Translations under genes and position numbers: made by a program | Assembly: GCF_037042905.1 (NCBI RefSeq) | Contig: NC_087245.1 | Location: forward strand, 24,554,001-24,618,000 | Length of the DNA stretch: 64,000 nt | Source: Lytechinus pictus | Taxonomy: Eukaryota | Direction of reading: 5' to 3' | The notes under the pieces: model-generated | Databases searched by the model: none | The model's input: only the letters and a program-made list of their open reading frames with translations | Told to the model about the DNA's origin: nothing | Shown: in pieces, positions 25,702 through 40,189 of the stretch | How the letters are laid out: each line of letters starts with the position of its first letter | Position numbering within the stretch: the stretch's first letter is position 1

Positions 25702-28699
25702 ATTGTCGTCTACCAGCATTTTTTTAACGCATTAAACATAACAAAGCTAATTATGTCCAAAGGTTCATTTTGATCGACACAATCACGAATGTTCACTTCC
25801 ATTGCGCAGGAGTAAATTGAAAACATTGCATTTTTAATGGACATTTTCTGTTTTGCAACGCATTTGTTTTCTTTTATTACACCGAAGCAGGTGGTCTTTG
25901 AAGTATAACATATTCTTACCTTGAATTTGAGCCTGAAACAGTATTTTCTGATAAAACGATGCTTTCTACCTATAATATATGGTTAATACCACCAATTTAT
26001 TTCAAATCTCTAGCAAACCACCTGTTTGTGTCAGAGGTAGAATTTATTTTGCCAAACAGCTATTATATATTTTTCTTAAAACTTCCATCGAGAGCAATGC
26101 TTTGAAGCTTTACAAAAATATAGAGTTCATGTTGCGTGAAAATACATATTTTTTATATATATATGATTTGATTGTTAAAAATCACCCATTTCTTTTCTTT
26201 GTTTACACATTACTTTTATATATTTTACCACCATTTAGACGCGTCATGTACCTCAAGATCATACAAACCTGTCAAACCTACTGATTGAAATGTAGACTGG
26301 AAACGGAATAAGCACTCGATAAATTTACTGCAAAGTCTACGGACGTATGAGTGATTAAAACATCTTAACATAGCACGATTGTCCATTTTTAAAAGTCAAG
26401 TTCATACTATCGAGTCCATCTCCTGCCGCCAGCGTCATCACCACTGGCAGAATTAGAAGTATGGTACTCGTAGTCCGGATACAGTTACCAGGTCAGAGGC
26501 GAATGGTACAAATCAGAGGCAAGATTTCCATGCAGAATTTTTATTCAAATTCGAACACGAAGCTTTGGTGCTTGTTATTATTGTGGTGGATCCAGGAAGG
26601 AGGGGGGGCTCCCCTTCCTTTGGATGATCCGCAAATTGGACAGAAGGTTGCGCTCCAGCCCCCCCCCCCGTCTTGATGTAGCGATCCTTTTGGCACCTTA
26701 AACAGGAAGTTATACTGGGATGATTCGTTATAAATTCTTTTTGCCGACGTTTGCGCAGTTTGCAAAGTTTAACGGCACCTTCTTCTGAGGTGGTCTAATA
26801 ACACTTCTAATCCCCCCTCTTCTTCTCCTTAAGAAAATCTTATATCCGATACTGACGGTATTTACAGAGAAAAGTAGACTGGCTAGCAGCACAAGCATAG
26901 ACCCCTAACCCTGACTCAGTCACGGAACCAATTATGGAACTATTTCTTAATATTTCGATATTAAGGCTCTGTAATGTAGTTCATGCTTTTAACCATTGGT
27001 TCGAGTCGCTCTCCATCTACAGTGGCTAGGATATACTTATCTGCCAACATGGAATGGTGTTTGTAAAAGTGCTCATTTTTGGCACTGTAAGATACCCAAC
27101 AATGATTATTTTGTCTCAGATTTTCTTTTTTACTCCTGTGGACAATCATCTTTTTACATTTGCCTTCTCGACTTTTCCCCATGTATAAAACTTAAAATGG
27201 ATAATTGTTTAAACTTTTGTCCTGTATTTTTTTTCCTGTTTTACAGGTTTAAGGACAAAGAACTTGAAACCTATTGTTAATCCTCACGAAGAAATAATCT
27301 GAGCTAAAATATCAGTTTGCCACAACAAACAACTTTCGCTAAATCTAAGTGAATTTTCATTTGTCATTAAAATAGGAAAGTTGATGGCGGTGACTCTTTT
27401 TACCCATACTGCACGTTGCAAACAATGGAGTCTCCAGAGATATGGGCTTTTCACCAGATTGATGAAGGATGTCATGCAGAGTATCATTTACAAACAATTT
27501 GACCCCAGAAATGTTATTGTGAGTTCTATTTTAGCCTTTACATAACATCTACAGTGCATGTAATTGTTATGCCATGCCCGTTAGTTGGTTGTTGTACTTG
27601 ACCCAATTCGTGCCAGGTGGAATCATGTTTTCTGTGATTGTCCATCTAATTTATGGTATATTTCGGTTTAAAGGACAATTTTACAGTTATTTCTGAGGTT
27701 AATGACCTAAAAAAAGAGGAACATCATAAAAATGACCATAAGTCAAATAATGATACATGAAGTTGCAGTAATGATAATGAAACAAGGACCATTAATGACA
27801 AATGATGTCTCACCCATTCTATTCGTCTGTCTCTGCATATCTGTCTGTCTTGTCTGTCTACCCACCACCCACCCCCCCCCCCCCACTCTCTCTCTCTAAA
27901 AATAAGACACAACACTTTTTATTTTGAATAAATCCTTTAAATTTTAATACACGATACATTACTGCAGGCTTCAGGAAAGATGGCATCACATCGATGACGT
28001 CATATTGATGACGTCCTATCTAAACAAGATATGAAGTAAGCATTCCTCTTGATGAACTCGTGTACAAGCCCTGAATATTTTAACCAGGTATGAAGAGGAG
28101 GAGGAAAACCGAGCAAAGTTCCACAGATCATTGGTGTTTTTTTCACGTGAGATGAGAGATTATATTACAAGTTTTTTAACTCCCAACAACTCGAACAAAT
28201 TACTTTCAAAGTTGAGTAGCAACTACCACATGACGTGTGTACTTAGTACGTGGCATAAACACATCAATGTACCAAATCCTTTTCTCTCTCTCTCACTTAC
28301 ACGCACACACTCTCTCTCTCCCTTTCTCTCTCCCCTTTCTCCATCTCTCTCTCTTCCATTTCTCTATCTCATTATGATGATTGTAGTTGAAAAGACACTA
28401 AGCCGAAACTACAAGCCAACATTGCAGTAAGTCCATCCCTCCCCCTCAAAATGTTATCATGGTGCGCCAAAATTCTGGGGCGGCCATCCCTCTTGATTTT
28501 TCAAGAAGCAAAGAAAAATATATTTTAAAAAGCGCAGAAATACAAAAATATAGGAGAGAAAATTAAAAGAGAGGTAACAGGGAAGAAAAAAACGAAAAAG
28601 TATATAAAAGGAGAGATCGAGGCCGCGTAGCTATGCATGTATATTAACCCTATAATTCAATTGCCCCCCCCCCCCGTCAAACCCTACCCAAAATATTAT

Positions 28700-28986
28700 A
28701 GTGTGCTACTTCATAGGTGTGCCACAGTGTAGAAAACAATGTGAAATCCCCTTTCACACTGTTAATAAGGATCATTCAATCAGTATGAAACACAACATTT
28801 TATTCATATAATCGACCGTGTGAACACGTTGTGAACAGTCACACTGTCGAGGTCTCCACAGTGTGAAAATATTTTCACACTGTTGAAATTTGAACATTTT
28901 ACCAGAGTGAATCATATCATCACAATAAGTCCACTGTGTGAACACACTGTGATCACACTGTGTGAAATTGTGTTCTTTCCAGCGGG
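28700..28986. repeat. CACACTGTG/CACAGTGTG-rich repeat, probably the subterminal region of a DNA element
   Basis: Many direct and inverted cacactgt / acagtgtg / tgtgaa motifs, ending ttccagcggg. Confidence 0.55.
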
Positions 28987-30476
28987 GAAATAACCTGGTG
29001 CCGCCTCTGTATACCATTGCTAACTTATCGCTTGTGTACCATTCATTTCATTTGCCAGAAAGACGTAATGATCACCTTAAAGTCACATGATCGATCGAAG
29101 TATCGCAAAATAAGAACAAAAAATTATTGTAAATCCCCAGCTTGTGTAGTTTGAAGTCGAAGGGAGGTATTCATTGCATATGATACATATAGCAAACCAT
29201 ATCCGATGGGGCTGCTCTAACCCGGTTAACCAGTATTGCTATCACTCTTTTATACATTCCAAAACATGACGCTAAAAGTATTACAATCTTACAACTCGAA
29301 ATATATCTTCGTTGCCATCGCTCATATCTCGCATTTGAAGAGCCTCGGGTTATTCACTCGATGTAGTCGTCATTAATGTCTACTGTATTTAGGGAAAGTT
29401 TAGATACTTTATCCATGAGGGAAGTGAAAGTGAGCATAGCCGCAGTAATTGCAAAATGCATTATGGTCACAAAGTAAATTTATCGGATTTCGATTATCAA
29501 AGTAAATGCACATTTCTGTTTTGTTTCTGAAAGCAATCATTTTCTTCGTCCCCCTTTCTGCGATTAACTCCATCTCTTTCTATCTCTCTCATTCTCTTTC
29601 TTTTTTCTTTCTTTCTGTCTTTCTTTCTTTCCTTCTGTATTTCTTTCCTTCTTTCATCCTCTCTCTAGCTTTCTTTCTGTATTTTTCTATATTTTATCCC
29701 CCTTGCTACTCTCCCATCCTCTGTTCCCCCTTGCTTTCTTTTTTCCCCAGTTTTCTATCTTTCTCCTTATTTCACTCTCTTTGTTATTTTCTTTCTTACA
29801 ACCAGAGAAGTGAATATGACGCAACTCCAAAACTTCACAAGCTTTTTACTGCATATTACTAACGCGCGCTCACCGATTTATCTCTCTATCCTCTCTGACT
29901 TGAACAATGCCCCCATTTGCGTGGCAAAAAAGAGAAGTTAGAAGCATGTGTAAGTATGCTAAATGAAATTTCTAGAGTAAGCAAGAAATTTGATGGGCAT
30001 ATTACAATGTGAAGATCAATCTCAAATGACTTATGTCCTTTCACTTCTGCCTAGATAAAATCACTGTGTTGAAAATACCGAAATTGTCATCTATTTCCTC
30101 ACAATTCCAAATACCCCCTACAGCCGCACTATTTACGTCCCTCTGTCATGTCTGTGCGGTCACTACAGACCTCGTTGCACCCTCCCTGGTAAATGCCCTC
30201 CTGCAACCGTCTCTCAATTTTAAAACATAATATCCAGCACCAATTATATAAGAGTCCCTGGTCATCCACTCCATGTATAATTGATCACATTTCTTGAAGA
30301 CAGGGTCTGATAGAAATGTGTTATCCACCTTTCGACGAACCTAAGTTAGATAGATGTAACAATGTTCCTGATATTTGAAAAGCTCCTATTTTTATATCAA
30401 GTTCTTACAGTAAAGAGAAAATCAGATGTTTAAAAAAAAGTTTATAATTTAATAGGGTAAGATTTAAGCTTTGAAT

Positions 30477-30714
30477 CAGGGGTGGATCCAGGATTTTCCC
30501 GAGAAAAAAATTGGAAAGCCCCCCCCCCCCCCCTAGCAAAAAAAAGGTTTTCAACCCAAAATTAAGTATATTTCGTCCACAAACAAAAGGGAGGGAGGCA
30601 CACTTGTGTTTTAACGGTATTTTTACATTACAAATTTCAATTGTGCCTCTCAAAGGGGGGGGGGGGCACGAGCCGGCTGTGCCCCCCCCCCCCGGCCCCT
30701 GGTGGATCCGCCAG
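30477..30714. mobile_element. GGCGGATCC-type G/C-run MITE
   Basis: caggggtggatcca ... tggatccgccagt. Related termini at about 26587, 50309, 52400, 62283 and 63740. Confidence 0.7.
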
Positions 30715-31165
30715 TACTTTGAATAAAGGTTACTATGTCTATATGTTTTAAACCAATTTTCTACTAAAAGTTGGTATGAATATTTCTTAAGTTACCCGAA
30801 ATGAATCCATTTTCCCTTTTTTACAAGAAAACATTTTTTTGTGTGTTTTTGCTTCAAAATTGCTTCAAAATGCAAGCAAACGCCTTTGCCATTAAGGTCT
30901 TTAAAAACTCTAGAAATACATGTAATAACAGATCTACTCTAGCACTGAACTTCATAATTAATGAAGGCATGATATGGAAATTACATCTAACCAATATTTA
31001 TACCATTATACTTCTGTCATCGTTAGAGGGACATTAAATGTTATTCAATATACACTGTTACTTCAAGTTAAACATAGACACAAACATTGTATCAATCTAG
31101 TGGGCAATATCGCCGCAAAATTGCGGATTCAAACGATTCTGAACACAACGTTGGAGTTCTCACTA

Positions 31166-31528
31166 CACTGCAAAAACTCCGGTGTTGATCTAACACCAGC
31201 CCGGAATCTATATATGTCCACACCATGCAGAGAAGTGTTAAACAACACCGGTTTTGGTACCAATTAGTTTTAAAACAGCATCGGTTTGATTCCAAACTGG
31301 TGTTGTTTCAATACTTCTCTGGTGTGGACATATAGGGATGCCAGTTGGAATTGATCAGAGGGCCTGAAAATCACCTATATAGAATACAATATTTTGTACA
31401 CAAAGGTGCTAAAACTATGGCCTGAAAATAAATTGCCAGAGCCTGAATTCAGGCTTTTGCCTGAAGACTGGCATCCCTGTATATAGATTCCGGGCTGGTG
31501 TTACATCAACACCGGAGTTTTTGCAGTG
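31166..31528. mobile_element. Palindromic CACTG MITE, TA-flanked, containing a nested element
   Basis: ta|cactgcaaaaactccggtgttgat...atcaacaccggagtttttgcagtg|ta. Confidence 0.92.
31333..31479. mobile_element. 147-bp MITE with (T/C)AGGGATGCCAGT TIRs
   Basis: tagggatgccagt ... actggcatccctg. Removing it restores the host palindrome with one extra TA. Confidence 0.85.
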
Positions 31529-34500
31529 TATCCACCACAAATTCCATTAGTCACCACAAAATAATTTCAGTGGAATTGAATTATAATGACATCCAAGATT
31601 CGCTATAACCACAAATATATCGTTTACATGCTTCAATAACCCATTATTTCAGTGTTTAACTACTTTTCTTCTATCCCAACCCTCCTAACAACGTGAATTG
31701 TAAATGGATTTGGTAATGTCGGGATTTTATCGTGCATTATAAATCAAACCCTATCTCATTATTCTTTTTTTTTTCAAACTACGATATTTTCTTTCAATAC
31801 CATATTATTTCTGAATTGATTGCATCCTTTTATTTGAAACCAAAATATCGACTCTTTTTTTTTTTTTTTTTTTTTTTTTGGAGAAAATACATTGAGTATG
31901 AATTTCAGAAGCTTTAAATACAATAGATGAAGGAAATATTTCGAACTATGGCCAGCATTACCTCGCAATTAGACAAAATATTGTAAAAAACACAACAACT
32001 TATCCCTTTCTTTATAAAATATCGAAATATTATCTTTCTGATTTCATTCGAAAGCTATCACGATCATTTATCATAGCTTTTCTTTTTTCATCGATTCGCT
32101 TGACACCAAATTATTCTTAATCACATTAATACTATAGTATAAATAATATGTCCTCGTCCTATTGATACAAAAAATTGCTATAATGATGATGATTGTGAAT
32201 ATAATTTCCTTTTGTTATGATCTATCTCAAAGCGCCCTAAATAGTGCGTTTAATATTTATTCATTTATTGATATATTCATATTCCACAAATCCTCAAAGT
32301 ACGTTTTCATATTGTGATTGTGTTTGATTGTAAAACCAATAAAACTTAAAAATAAAATGTAAAAAATATAATATTGTTGTTGTATACGAAGGATGTAAAA
32401 AGTAAGCCATTTTAAATGTCACTTTGTATATAAAAACGTTGTTATCGTAAACATTCCTTCGATCATATATTTTTTTAGAAAATTTGAACTGCTTTCTTTG
32501 ACCTGATTTTACATCTCTTCCAGAAAATTGTTATAGTTGATATAAAACAACTTTGAAACAGCCTTATTCAGAATCGATAGAAATGGAAATATGGGATTAG
32601 AGCAATATGGATCTTAGGGCGAGCCCAGGCGAGGCGAGCGTGACCGGATCTCAGTTGTTTGCAGTGAATCAACATGAACATAAATGCATTGGTGACATGA
32701 CAAAGTTGTATCGTTTCTTTTCCCATTTTGTCAGCACCTCTTGTATTCACGCGCTAAACTATTGTCCGGAACACTGGCACCCAGGGGAGAAAACTGCGTC
32801 TTCAAATTTCCTTCATTCTATCTGCATTCATTTCTTCACAAATGCCGTGGTTTCCTATTCGTGGAACGTTGCAATTAATCCCCTAAACAGTATATACCTA
32901 TGCCTATCTTTGACAACCGCTCTACATTTCCTCCCAACAATTTGAATCAAATCTCTTGTGGGACCTTGTAACGCGCCATCGTAGCCTGAACCCATTTCTC
33001 CTGATTTTCACAAAGGGAGGCTGATGATAAAGCCCTAACATTATTACCAGCGGCGGTTGTTGGCATCGTATTTCTAAACGGTAGCAAAAGGGGTCTTAAC
33101 GCTCCAAGCCTCTACACATCCAATTAGAAATTTGTTTATTTGTATGTGCCAAGAGCGACAGAAATGCGATACACGGCGAGTCCAAGCAGCCTATATATGC
33201 CAAGAAACTTGATTTTATTTTGACTCGGAATCATCTCAATTCCCTCATCGACAAAGTCGTCGTGAATTCATCAACTTTGCGACTTTGTGCAACTCGGCAA
33301 TGAATGATAAGGAAATATAGGGTTACAGTATCATTATACATCCTATTCAGTCCATGTAGTATACATGAATGAAGATACCACCCATTTTCTGCGGTGATAT
33401 TGAAATGAGGATGGCGTTCAAGGTGGGTAATATAGGCAGATATGAATCCTATTCCCATAGACGATGAGTCCTTCTTTACAAACTCTCTCACTCGTCATGT
33501 TAGATTATAGAGCGCGTTTCACTTCCCATTTTCTGTAACCAACCGAATGAGAACATCGCCAATTTTTCGTAAGCCAAATATCCAAGACGTATGTATTTTT
33601 GAAAGGTTGTAAATCATTTGAAATTGTGATTAATCAAAACGAAAATAATCCAGCTGATTGACCAGGCATGGCACAATCTTTATTTCTCTCTCAATAAAAC
33701 CACCCTTTGTGAGAAAGACTTGTTCCTGTTGTAACTGAATATTCATTCCTTATAATCTGACTGAATAGTAAGATGGAACGATTTACATATTTTTTTAGAA
33801 ATGAATGCATACAAAAGCAAATTTTAATCTACGATAAATTGTATAAATTTGCATGCTAAGAGTGCAAAAGCTAGCTTATTGCACCCTTTTGCACCCTTAG
33901 GTAAATGCACAAGTTTAAAATACAACGTCAAAAGATCCATAAATTAAAGGTCCCCATTTGCTACCGTAGAAGCAGCTCGGGTGCGAATTCGCGCCTAAAA
34001 ATCATGGATAATGCAAAATGCACAATTTTCATGCAAATATCAATTTACCATTGTGTCTATACTGCAAAATGGATATTTAGAGGTACAGGCAAGTAAAAAA
34101 CGTCATATAGCCTTCCTTCCACACAATATTGCCCCACAAATTTTATTTAGAATTACCACGTATTTCATTTTTCATTTTTCATTTTTTCCGAGGGTGAGAA
34201 TAAGTTTACAAATGAAAAGTTGCACCGAGTATTTAATTGAGGAAGACATCTTTCAAATTCACATTATACTCAACTCACTTTCTATATCTTAATATTCTTT
34301 ATGTCGTACACAATTAATGTCCAAACAAAACAACTATTATAGAATTCTATTGTATGCAGGGAAAGGTAATTAAGTTGCAAAATGACATAAGTTTGCTATA
34401 CAATATCAATTCTTTAATCATGCTATTCTGTTGCACAATTGATCTCACTTGACAGTTGAGAAGCAAAGTTTTATTCATAAACTCTTTCAATTTGGGCGGT

Positions 34501-36867
34501 TCAAGAGGACGCCTCTTTTGAAAAAAAAAGTAATTACTAGTACAAAGAAGATTTTAAAAAATCATCATTAAGGCCACTTGAGGCAGTGGACGCGATCTTT
34601 CGTATGTGCTTGAATAAGGCTTCATCTAATAATAAGTTATTGTTTTGTTTTGATTTGGATAGTTAACACGACTGTGTCACTTGTGTATTGAAATTACAAC
34701 AATAAACTTTTGGAATAGGTTTTTAAATTCTTCCCATCGTTTTTAACAAAGTAATATCAACTTGTCGAAATCTAAAATATCCATATTTTTTCCATGGAAG
34801 TAGCTTTCCTACCACACTTTCCATAAAAACTAGTATATAAAAATTGTCCCCCAAAACAGTTGGCGGTATCACACACACACACGCACAAATTATTATAAGA
34901 ATATTTCATACTGAAATTTCTATTGCAAGTATTGGGAAATTAGGATTGAATTCAATATTTTTTATTTGTTTTATTACGTTGAATGGTAATCCTCCCATTT
35001 CTCGGACTAGAAATTACTACATCATAATTGTCATTACCATTTTTATTAATACATGTATATCAATATGATTTTAAATTGAATATATTTAACATTTTACTTT
35101 TTTCAAACATAACATAAATCATAAAAACAAACATAATCATAATTTATTTTTGGTGTATAGTTCCATGGGCTATAAAGTCAAATTGTAAGGAGGTACAAAA
35201 ACAACAAAACACACGAACAGGTAGTTATGGTGCCAGTGCAGCAGTCTACAAACCGTCACCCGACGAAGAAACCTGGTAATCGTGAAAACGTGAACGGAAA
35301 TTCACATTTTATCTCGTCACACCTGCCTCGGGACAATTTCATAAAACTGAAATCAGTGGTTAGTTTTTTATCACAAACGTGTCCTGTTAGTCATTGAGTG
35401 TTTCCGCGATATCAGGAGTGTATTTCTATAGTTTGTGAATCTCCTTTCGCAATCTCGACGGGAACGGATTATACAACATAGAAAATCTATTAAATATGCC
35501 CGTCAAATCACAAAGTACAGCAATAAGAGGTCTTTGCCGAAAATTGGTGAAACGGGACAGCTGGTCGTCGTAAGATTCCGAACTGACGAATATTTGCAAA
35601 TGTGTCGTTTGTCCCAAGTCAGGGACGAACGTGAGGAAACTGCTGTTTTGATACACCGATTTTCGACAAGACTATGCTTTGTCATGAAGGGTTTTTGACA
35701 ATAGATTCTTTACGTTCGAGAAAGTGTCTGCGTATGTAGTGGTTGCCAATATCCCCTATTCTAATTTGTAAAAAATACGGTGCCGGGATATTTTGGTAGG
35801 GTCTAGGATGACCTAACAGTGACGTCATATTTTTTCTCCATCTGTCCATTGAGTTATATGGGTATTATAGAGTTACACGGCTCGTGCAGAATTCCCCCTT
35901 TCATTCTTTTCTTCCTTTCATACATGATATTTATATATTTCGCTTTCTCTTTCATTATGCATTTGATCATCGGTCGTTATAACATTTAACGGTGAGATTT
36001 TATTTCACTTGCTTTCCTTGCTTAAATATATCTAACTACATGGGAAATGGATTGATAAATAAATCGATAAACACACAAACGAATTAATCAGTAAATGAAT
36101 AGATAAGCAAAACTTAAGGAAATACATATAAATATAAATAAAGACAGACAGAAGGAAAGGGGAAAAAATCCGAGAATATAATGTAGAAATGAACAACTGT
36201 AATCAAATTTTATTAAAAAGGGTTTCGTCATCGTTCGTTACTTCAAGTTGTTCAATCGATCCAACTAATTTACAACTGACCTATTTGGTACTGACCCTGT
36301 GTCCACAATTTATTTCGACTTGATTAAACCAACCATTTTAATTACATTGCAATTGTCATAACATCTTATATATGCAAGAAACAATAGCATCCTCAACACT
36401 CATCAGCGTCTCCTTTGTGAAGCATCACTTGAAGGCGACGTTGTGCAAGGAGGCAATTTAATTTGAGTAGTGCTCAACAACAAAAAAAGATAATGCAGAA
36501 TATACGTGTCATTGCAAGAAGGCTCTTTAAGAAATGCTTTTGTTCGAAAATAATAATGTTGATCACACCCAGCGTGCATGGGTGGCTAAAATCCATATAA
36601 AGGATAGAAGTATTTATTCTCATTTGGGTGCACAATAAACACAATTACAGATTTCTTTTATTCCAGTTCACGAAAAGCCAGTGCGAAGTCTTTTGGCGCC
36701 GATAACTCTTTGGAACTAAAGAAAATTTAATGATTCAGTTTTATTTAAAAAAGTGTGGAAGGGAAGCAACATGAATTGTCCAAGAGTGAGGGAGAAATAA
36801 ATTGTGGTCGAAATGTGTTATTTATTTGTCAACGTTCACTTTGAGGCTAAGATATCTTATTCTATCT

Positions 36868-38485
36868 CATTCTACGGAATATTGCCTCCATCGCGTTATC
36901 GACGATTGGTTCCGAAGCATTGAATAATCATGAAATGGTTGGGGCATGTTTCCTTGACATATCAAAATGTTTCGGTAGTATAAACCATGTATTAATATTA
37001 TTTGAATTGAAGAAATATGGTATTATTGATATTGAATTCAAATGGTTTGAAAGTTATTTATCAAACAGAAGACAGTCTGTCAAATGTCATGGTCTTCAAT
37101 CTCAACTGGTTAATCTCGATATTGAAATTCCTCAATGGAGAGTCCTTGGCCCTGATCTCTTTCTGATTTTTATCAATGACATAGTCCAAAGTGTTTCAAA
37201 AAAGACTTGTAACATATTTGCCGATGACGTTATTATTTATTGTGCTGATCCATCACAAGATTGGAGAAAACTTACAAAATTGTATTAATGATATCAACAA
37301 CTGGTATACTGAAAACCGTCTCCAGATAAATGCTTCAAAGACTAATATCATGCTCATCTCTTCTCGTAAATCAAGAAGTAGATGAGAGCTTAAAATTGAA
37401 CTTGATGGAATTGAATTGAAATAAGTAAACAGCGTAAGATATTTGGGTGTTGAAGTTCATTGTAATCTTTTATGGGAAAATCATGTATATTAACTTTGCA
37501 GATCGTTATCGTTCAAAGTACAAGCACTATAAGTTTGATTTCAATACTTAATAAATAATTGTTAAATACATTGTACAAACCACACTAAAAACATGTATTG
37601 ACTATGCCTGTTTAGTCTCGAGTACCTACTCTGAAAAAACAAACAAACAGAAACTTTATTCCCAAACTTGAAAAAGAGAAGCCCGTATTATTACCGAACA
37701 ATTCGATTTTTCAGTAAGCAGCGCCGATCTATTCAAAGAATTAAAGCCATTTGAGAAAAGACGTGACGAGTATATCAGTGCATTTATGCGGTCTTGCACC
37801 TTTGAGATTGTGTAATGAAATAGAAATGTATTTTGACAGACATGATATCAATGCCAGGAATTAGAACTATTTAAACGCAGTCTTGCCAAAATCCAATACG
37901 GATTTTTTTTTTTTAACTCTCAATGGTCTTGCACCTTCGAGATTGTGTAATGAAATAAAAATGTATTTTGACAGACATGATAACAACGCGAGGAATTAGA
38001 ACTATTTAAACGCAGTCTTGCCAAAATCCAATACGGATTTTTTTTTGTACTCTCGTCTTAATACGCTGCTATTAAAGTATGGAATGCCTTGCCCATATCA
38101 ACCCAAAATATCCAATCCCTGCAGTCCTTTAAACGTGCGTATAAATTATAAAGATGCCTTTATTGCTTGCCTTGCTCACTTTTTGAATATTTCTTTGTCT
38201 ATTTGCTACCGATTTTTTTAGTGACTTTTTGATATATACTTTGTTTCATTTGTCATGTTTGTAATTTATTTATAGCAATACATTGTTTTCTCGTAATTTC
38301 CTATCATGAATTTTCCTATTGTCATTTTGTTAGATAAAAAAGTTAATGCAATGTTTTTGATGTTTTTAATATACAATTGATGATATCATTATTATCATAT
38401 ATGTTTTTTTAACTTATCGTATCAGGACCATGATATAAAACAGCTGTGCTGATCATGTTTTACCCTGTATAAATAAAATAAAATA
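36868..38485 (+). mobile_element. 5'-truncated, decayed non-LTR retrotransposon (L2/CR1 group): RT domain, C-terminus and 3' UTR
   Basis: Translated fragments HSTEYCLHRVIDDW, GACFLDISKCF, WFESYLSNRRQSV, IPQWRVLGPDLFLIFIND (GVPQGSVLGP-like), FADD, WYTENRLQINASKT and YAAIKVWNALP, broken by frameshifts and stops. Ends in a stem-loop followed by (AAAAT)n. Confidence 0.92.
37790..38048 (+). repeat. Tandem duplication of about 135 bp inside the LINE
   Basis: ggtcttgcacct...ccaaaatccaatacggattttt starts at both 37790 and 37925. Confidence 0.9.
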
Positions 38486-39148
38486 GAATCATAAATAATG
38501 ATAAATAAAAATCTAAAACAAAGGCGTCTATAGATCACCATCTTATATAATCTGCAAACTAAGTCAGACTTTGTTCAACGCCTTGCTTTATACAGTCCAA
38601 AACCAGCGAGTCAAGCGATTGAAACGTATGAATTTTCTAGATTCGTCACCAAAGTACAATGAAGAATAACGGAGAATACAATATTTGATGGCCTAATATC
38701 AAGGCTGGCATGTAATTGGGCATCTCATTGCTGAAATAAGTGTGATCGCTGCTCACTGCAGAAACCAACACATGCTCAACAAAACTTTGCGAACAAGCGA
38801 AGTGAACGAGTGAGAAAAATACTGAGAACAATAGGAGTTCAATCTTACCAAAATGATAATGTTGATAATAAAATAAGACATTTGCATACCACCATATATC
38901 AAAATATAATCTGATTTGCGTACTATATACATTGTTAAAGCTTTTGCTACATTCATCTGTTGACCGTGTGATGACAAACAGATCGAATGCAGATGTATAC
39001 TTGGAATTTTATTTTAAAACATTGGAAGATATCCCAAATTTTGTATAGGAGCCTTTCATCATCGACTAAAGACCTTACCAGGCTCTTGTATGCATTTTTT
39101 AAAATCAAAGTGTCTAATTAAAATCATGTTTTTCCGTTTGCTTCGTTT

Positions 39149-39172
39149 TGTGTGTGTGTGTGTGTGTGTGTG
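39149..39172. repeat. (GT)n microsatellite
   Basis: Directly visible. Confidence 0.9.
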
Positions 39173-39833
39173 CGAGGGAGGGTGTGGGTGTACGCGTGTG
39201 TGTGTATTATTCTGTCGTGGTTCTTTTGTCTATACGCTCTTATGTTTGTTAATTTTGTTGTTATATATTGCGGTCTTTGATTCCGGAAATAAAGAGACTT
39301 GAAACAAAATAAAATCGGGAAAATGTTGATTGTCATAAATGCTGTGGGAAAGTGGACTTACCAACCCTGGACTCTGGAATAATCCTTGAAATTACGTAAT
39401 ATTGCAGAGGATTTTATCAAGTAAAAAACCTTGTAAAGTCTTGAAACGCGGGTCATGATCAGCTCATATGGTGCCTTTCGTTTCATGGAGATTCGGACAA
39501 AAATGTGACGAGCGTGTTATATGCGCACTTTAATTAGTATTTCGCAAACTCCGTACGATCTCGCGATGAGTGCCCATCTGCCTGTGGCTTCGATAATCAA
39601 CACAATTCATTCATTTTAAATTATCCCGAGCTGAAGTCCCCCATCCCGCTTTCTAATTTATATGATTATTATCCAATCAGCGTGTCGTATGTGGATTGTG
39701 TAACTCAAAATGTTGAATACCACATGCAGTGCATTGTATTTTCGTCGTTATTTGTATAATTCGGTAAAGATATTTTGAATTTATCTTCAATTTTTTCCTT
39801 GTATAGTTTATTTGACGCTTGGATTTCATTAGT

Positions 39834-40189
39834 AATTTCGTAACTTTTATGGCCCAATTTCACGATGAAAATAGTGTAAAATGTATGAAAGACCCAAATT
39901 AACGGTGAAATCGGTGAAAAAGCCCCCTAAATTTTACGATAAACCGTAAGATTTAACTTGGAAAGTCGCGCGGCAAGTTGCCAGGAATTAACCGTTAAAA
40001 ATGAAAACGTTAATTCCTGGCAACATTAACTTTTTGCGCAACTTTCCACCGTAAATGGTAAGGTTTCTCGTAAAATTTTGGGGCCTTTTTTAACCGATTT
40101 CACCTTTATTTGATTTAGGTCTTTCATAAATTTTACACTATTTTCACCGTAAAATGGGGGCGTAAAATTACGATAATTTTTTTTACAGG
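39834..40189. mobile_element. Foldback MITE of about 350 bp, left terminus eroded
   Basis: Long imperfect palindrome centred near 40000 (gttgccaggaattaac / gttaattcctggcaac). The right end is ttttttacagg. Confidence 0.8.
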
